Under the pieces are notes generated by a model. It was not told the DNA's origin. It saw only the letters and a list, made by a program, of their open reading frames with translations, and searched no databases. From Nitrosopumilus sp. (lineage in GTDB: Archaea > Thermoproteota > Nitrososphaeria > Nitrososphaerales > Nitrosopumilaceae), in contig CBDBGZ010000009.1 in the NCBI GenBank assembly GCA_965205425.1, positions 640,001 to 704,000 of the forward strand: DNA of 64,000 bases, given 5' to 3'. Shown here piece by piece: positions 59,991-64,000 of the stretch. Both the position numbers and the translations under genes were made by a program. Positions within the stretch are counted from its first letter, which is position 1. Every line of letters begins with the position of its first letter.

Positions 59991-60248
59991 GTGCCTATAG
60001 CATATGTTCTATTGAATTCTGATTTAGGATCAGATGAATCAATTATCAATGAAGTAAAGCAAATTCTTGCTGAAGAAGACATCAAATTTGAGGTTCAAGG
60101 TGTATACGGAGTGTACGATATTGTCTTGAAATTATCCTCTAATGATGGCGAAAAATTACGTGCAATAATTACTAACAAAGTTAGAAAAATCAGTAAAGTT
60201 CAATCAACTCTAACCATGATGGTAATTGAAGAACAAGAAAATCTATAG
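59991..60248 (+). CDS. stand-alone Lrp/AsnC ligand-binding (RAM) domain protein
   Basis: AYVLLN...GVYGVYDIVLK...STLTMMV. Confidence 0.88.
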   Translation: MPIAYVLLNSDLGSDESIINEVKQILAEEDIKFEVQGVYGVYDIVLKLSSNDGEKLRAIITNKVRKISKVQSTLTMMVIEEQENL

Positions 60249-61394
60249 TTTCTTTATTGCCTCAACTACTTCAAGCATCTGAGATTCAGTATTAAAAAAG
60301 TGAGGAGATGCTCGTACAATTTTTTGATCCATAATTTCTCTTACAGCTAAAATGATATTTTGTTTTTCAAGTTTATCTACAATTTTTTGTGAATCAAATC
60401 CTTTGATATTGAATGAAACAATACTAGTTCTAACATTTTGATCATCAGGACCATACAAAATAATATTTGGCATCTTTGCCAACTCTTCTCTAAACATATT
60501 AGAAAGATATCGGTTTTTTTCACGAATATTATTTATTCCAAAATTCAACATATAATCTGCAGATGATGCTAGTCCTACTATTCCCACATAATTTCTAAAA
60601 CCAGTTTGAAATTTATCTGGTAATTCTTTGAATGCAAGTTTTGAATCATCATAAAAAATTGCAGATTCACCACCAATTGTTTTTGGTTCTAATAGTTCAC
60701 TAGATTTCCTATTACAATAGAATAATCCTGTACCCATTGGACCACAAAGCCATTTAGATCCATTAAATGACATAAAATCACACTTTATTTTTGAGACATC
60801 AACATCTCCAATACATCCTATAGTTTGTGCACTATCAATAAAGAATGGGACTTTGTCATCAAGTATTTTTCCTATTTCTTCTACAGGTAAAATTGATCCT
60901 GTATTATACAAAGCATGACTAAGCGCAACTAATTTTGTATTTTCATTTACAAATGATTCTAAATCATCTAATTGAAAGAATCCGTCATTATCAATAGGTA
61001 GATTTTGTATTGAAATTTTTTCTTTTAATTTTAGCCAAGGATAAAAATTAGAGTGATGTTCATGCGTCATTCCACGAATAATTATGTTAGAATTGTTATC
61101 AAAAGTTAATCCATTTGCTACAAAATTAATCCCGTCAGTTGTACTTTGTGTAAGAATTATTTCATCAGGTTGGCAAGAAATTATTTTTGCTATAGTTTTT
61201 CGTATATTTTGTAGTTTTTCAGTAACAAATGGTTCAGATTTTTTTGAATCAGGTCCAATTGAATTGTATGTAATAAGAAATTCTTTCATTGCTTCAATAC
61301 TTTGATTAGGCATTAAAGAAACAGATGCATTGTTTAGATAGATTTTATCTGATGATGGAAAATCATTTGAGATATCTTTTGATACTAAATTCAT
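60243..61394 (-). CDS. class V PLP enzyme (cysteine desulfurase-like)
   Basis: YLNNAS, EHHSN, DSAQ, GSKWLCGPMGTG, RASPHFFN. Confidence 0.88.
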   Translation of the reverse strand: MNLVSKDISNDFPSSDKIYLNNASVSLMPNQSIEAMKEFLITYNSIGPDSKKSEPFVTEKLQNIRKTIAKIISCQPDEIILTQSTTDGINFVANGLTFDNNSNIIIRGMTHEHHSNFYPWLKLKEKISIQNLPIDNDGFFQLDDLESFVNENTKLVALSHALYNTGSILPVEEIGKILDDKVPFFIDSAQTIGCIGDVDVSKIKCDFMSFNGSKWLCGPMGTGLFYCNRKSSELLEPKTIGGESAIFYDDSKLAFKELPDKFQTGFRNYVGIVGLASSADYMLNFGINNIREKNRYLSNMFREELAKMPNIILYGPDDQNVRTSIVSFNIKGFDSQKIVDKLEKQNIILAVREIMDQKIVRASPHFFNTESQMLEVVEAIKKL

Positions 61395-61420
61395 TATTAT
61401 ATCTGTAAAATCTTAAACTT

Positions 61421-62014
61421 GTGTTGGATAAAAATCCTAAGCAAATCATAGATAGTGATTTAACACAGATTCAAATCAAATTTGAACAAAAGAATCCAAA
61501 TATTGTATTGTGTTTAAAACCATTTGATAAAATGGATTTTCTAAATAGATTAATCAATTCAACTGAGAATCCAATAATTTTCATTGATATGGATTTACTT
61601 TATACAGGATATGTTCAATCTGGAATGATTCAGAAAAAGGAGAATGTGACTATTTTTTGCCCAAATAAAACAAATTGGAAAAAAAATTTATCAGAAATCA
61701 TTTCCAAAATATCAAATGATAGATTTTTGGTAATTATTGATTCATTTAATGGAGCATACAATTTATTTGATGATTTAGAATCTGTGTTATTCATTAATTC
61801 ATGTGTGATGTTACTTGCTTCAATTGGAAATCATGTTAAATCATCAGTTGTAATAACAGGGATGGCTAGAAAAAAGGAAAATGATGGTTGGGTACTATCA
61901 CCAGGAGGAAAACACATCATTAAATCTGAAAAAACTGGTGTATATTTTCTGAAAAAAACTAGAAATGGTTTGGTTGTGGATACTTTGAATGAAATGGATG
62001 GATTTTCAATTTGA
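61421..62014 (+). CDS. hypothetical protein, degenerate RecA-like fold possible
   Basis: IIFIDMD and LVIIDS strands, no Walker A. Confidence 0.65.
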   Translation: MLDKNPKQIIDSDLTQIQIKFEQKNPNIVLCLKPFDKMDFLNRLINSTENPIIFIDMDLLYTGYVQSGMIQKKENVTIFCPNKTNWKKNLSEIISKISNDRFLVIIDSFNGAYNLFDDLESVLFINSCVMLLASIGNHVKSSVVITGMARKKENDGWVLSPGGKHIIKSEKTGVYFLKKTRNGLVVDTLNEMDGFSI

Positions 62015-62056
62015 AATAATAAGATCGGCAATATTTGATTTTTTGCGATCAGAATT

Positions 62057-62090
62057 CAAACGGCGTTATAAAATAGCAAACGGCGTTATA
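62057..62090 (+). repeat. 14-bp direct repeat (x2) upstream of ferredoxin
   Basis: CAAACGGCGTTATA at 62057-62070 and 62077-62090. Confidence 0.8.
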
Positions 62091-62144
62091 CAACGAAATT
62101 TTTAGGCAAATTATATTAATACCAAATCAAGAAATAATTTTGTT

Positions 62145-62444
62145 ATGCCAGTAGGAATTATTCCAGACATCAGCGAACAAATGTGTATCGGATGCGCACT
62201 ATGTGTAGAAATCTGTACCACACTTGGACCAGATGTCCTTAGAGTAAAACCAGTTGAAGGCTGGAAGAGAGGTAAAGCATTTGTCTTCTACCCAGAAAGA
62301 TGTATTTCTGATGGTGCATGCATCGGTGTATGCCCAACAAAAGCAATCTTTTGGATGCGACCAATGGACTTTACTGTTGGACAACCAGTTCCACTCTACA
62401 AAAACTCAGTCTTCGTCAAAGGTTGGACTGAATTAATCGATTAG
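62145..62444 (+). CDS. 4Fe-4S dicluster-type ferredoxin
   Basis: CIGCALCVEIC and CISDGACIGVCP. Confidence 0.92.
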   Translation: MPVGIIPDISEQMCIGCALCVEICTTLGPDVLRVKPVEGWKRGKAFVFYPERCISDGACIGVCPTKAIFWMRPMDFTVGQPVPLYKNSVFVKGWTELID

Positions 62445-62599
62445 ATTAGTTCATCAATTTTTAATTTCTTTTTATTATTTTAAATTTTAACAGTACCAGG
62501 TGCTTCATCATTGCAAGTAATTATCAAATCAAAGAATTACTATAGGCATAATATACTCAAGAAGAGTTGATATTCCTATAAACTAAACATAGAACAAAA

Positions 62600-64000
62600 A
62601 TGTCAATTTCAATTAATCTAGGTAAAAAGCTCATTTTTTTGGTACTAATAGTATCTGTTGTTACTCTTTCAATTACAGCATTTCTTAGTTTCAATTATGC
62701 TGATCAAATCCTGAAAGAAAAAGCAGGAGATCAATTATTAGGAGAATCTAGAGTTAGAGGAGATACACTAAGATTACTTTTTGAATCACGAATTGAACAA
62801 AATAATATTCTTGCTAGTGATCCTATGATTCAATTATTAATTTCAGAAATGAATCAAATACCTGAAAATGAGCTAAAAGAACTTAAAGAAAGCAATCGAA
62901 GAGATTTTTTAATTCAAGTTCAAGCATTCCAAGAATTAATTGGGTTTTCCATAGAATTTGAAGATACAAAAATAATTGGTAATAATGGAAAAGTATTCTT
63001 TTCTCTAAGCGGTATTACAGATGAAGATTTTATTGATGATGAATTTTTTCAAAAAGGATTAAAAAAATCATTTATAGAATTTGAATCAGCTGATGCTGGC
63101 AAAAAGATGATTGTAGTATCTCCAGTATTTGCAGATGATAGTAAAAAAGGAGATGATGCAATTGGAGTGATTATTTCAAGAATGAGAACGTCATCAATTG
63201 ATAATGTTCTGATTAATCGAAGTGGATTAGGGGAATCAGGTGAAGTTTACATTGTAAATAATCAATTATTGATGTTGTCTGAATCCAGATTTTTAGAGAA
63301 TGTCGTATTCCAGCAAAAAGTTGATACTTTGGCAGTTCAAAAATGTTTCAATAGTGGAGAAAAATTTTTAGGATTTTATGAAGATTACAGAAATGTTCCA
63401 ATTTATGGATCATCTTATTGTGCAGATGATTTAGACATAGTATTACTTGTAGAAATTGATCAGGCAGAAGTAGAAAAACCGATTGAAGATTTACAAGATA
63501 GAATTCTCATAACTGGAATAGTAATTACATTAGGAATGGGAATTACAGCTTTTCTGATATCAAAATCACTTTCAAGACCACTTCTCAAATTAAAAAATGC
63601 TGCAAACAAAATTGCAAGTGGAGACTTCGAAGTAAGAACTAACATCACAACAGGTGATGAAATTGGCGAATTGTCACATGCATTTGATTCTATGGCACAA
63701 AAATTAGAAGAATCATTAATTGAGATTAAAGAGAAAGAAGACGTCATTAAACAACAAGAAGACATATTGTTGAAATTTTCTCAGCATGAACAAAATGATT
63801 GTGTGGGTGTTATTGACATGACAGACTCTACCAGAATTTCATCTAAATTATCTGATGACGATGTGAGTAAAATGTATGAAATTTTTCTTAATTTCATGGC
63901 AAAAATTGTTCGTAAACATAACGGAGAAGTGGTGAAAAATATTGGAGATGCGCTAATGTTTAGATTTGCAAATGTTGATTCTAAAGATATTGTTGCAGTG
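62600..64000 (+). CDS. membrane-bound class III nucleotidyl cyclase (TM-sensor-TM-HAMP-cyclase), truncated by the window end
   Basis: Read manually, absent from track: MSISINLGKKLIFLVLIV..., HAMP (IASGDF...DEIGELSHAFDSM), cyclase VIDMTDST and VKNIGDALM. Confidence 0.88.
   Translation, partial: MSISINLGKKLIFLVLIVSVVTLSITAFLSFNYADQILKEKAGDQLLGESRVRGDTLRLLFESRIEQNNILASDPMIQLLISEMNQIPENELKELKESNRRDFLIQVQAFQELIGFSIEFEDTKIIGNNGKVFFSLSGITDEDFIDDEFFQKGLKKSFIEFESADAGKKMIVVSPVFADDSKKGDDAIGVIISRMRTSSIDNVLINRSGLGESGEVYIVNNQLLMLSESRFLENVVFQQKVDTLAVQKCFNSGEKFLGFYEDYRNVPIYGSSYCADDLDIVLLVEIDQAEVEKPIEDLQDRILITGIVITLGMGITAFLISKSLSRPLLKLKNAANKIASGDFEVRTNITTGDEIGELSHAFDSMAQKLEESLIEIKEKEDVIKQQEDILLKFSQHEQNDCVGVIDMTDSTRISSKLSDDDVSKMYEIFLNFMAKIVRKHNGEVVKNIGDALMFRFANVDSKDIVAV

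Noticed and set aside
63460..63765. 101-aa minus-strand ORF
   Set aside because: Antisense to the HAMP region of the plus-strand cyclase

Overview
AT-rich archaeal chromosome segment. Its gene content and order point to a Nitrosopumilus-like ammonia-oxidising archaeon (Nitrososphaerota/Thaumarchaeota): Amt ammonium transporter, A-type ATPase subunit C, archaeal CoA cluster (pantoate kinase/PPS/panB/coaBC), aCPSF1-psmB, egsA, PCNA-TFS-RpoL, cobalamin genes and a PEF-CTERM protein. Most of the window is conserved core genome, with two tRNA genes: Val-GAC, and Arg-CCT carrying a non-canonical D-loop intron. Accessory DNA comprises a 140-bp MITE-like element, a frameshift-type IS630 and a ~6.1-kb decayed integrative island (about 52.3-58.4 kb). 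The island is bounded by a direct repeat at the 3' end of a protein-coding gene. It carries a probable integrase remnant, IS5 and IS481 elements, a DprA + phosphoribosyltransferase (ShosTA-like) defence/TA pair whose toxin has a 1-bp frameshift, and a divergent two-gene operon of unknown beta-rich proteins, the best candidate for an undescribed defence system. Several small ORFs missing from the supplied track were read directly, including a 39-aa metallothionein-like peptide. All calls rest on motif recognition by eye; no database searches were run.
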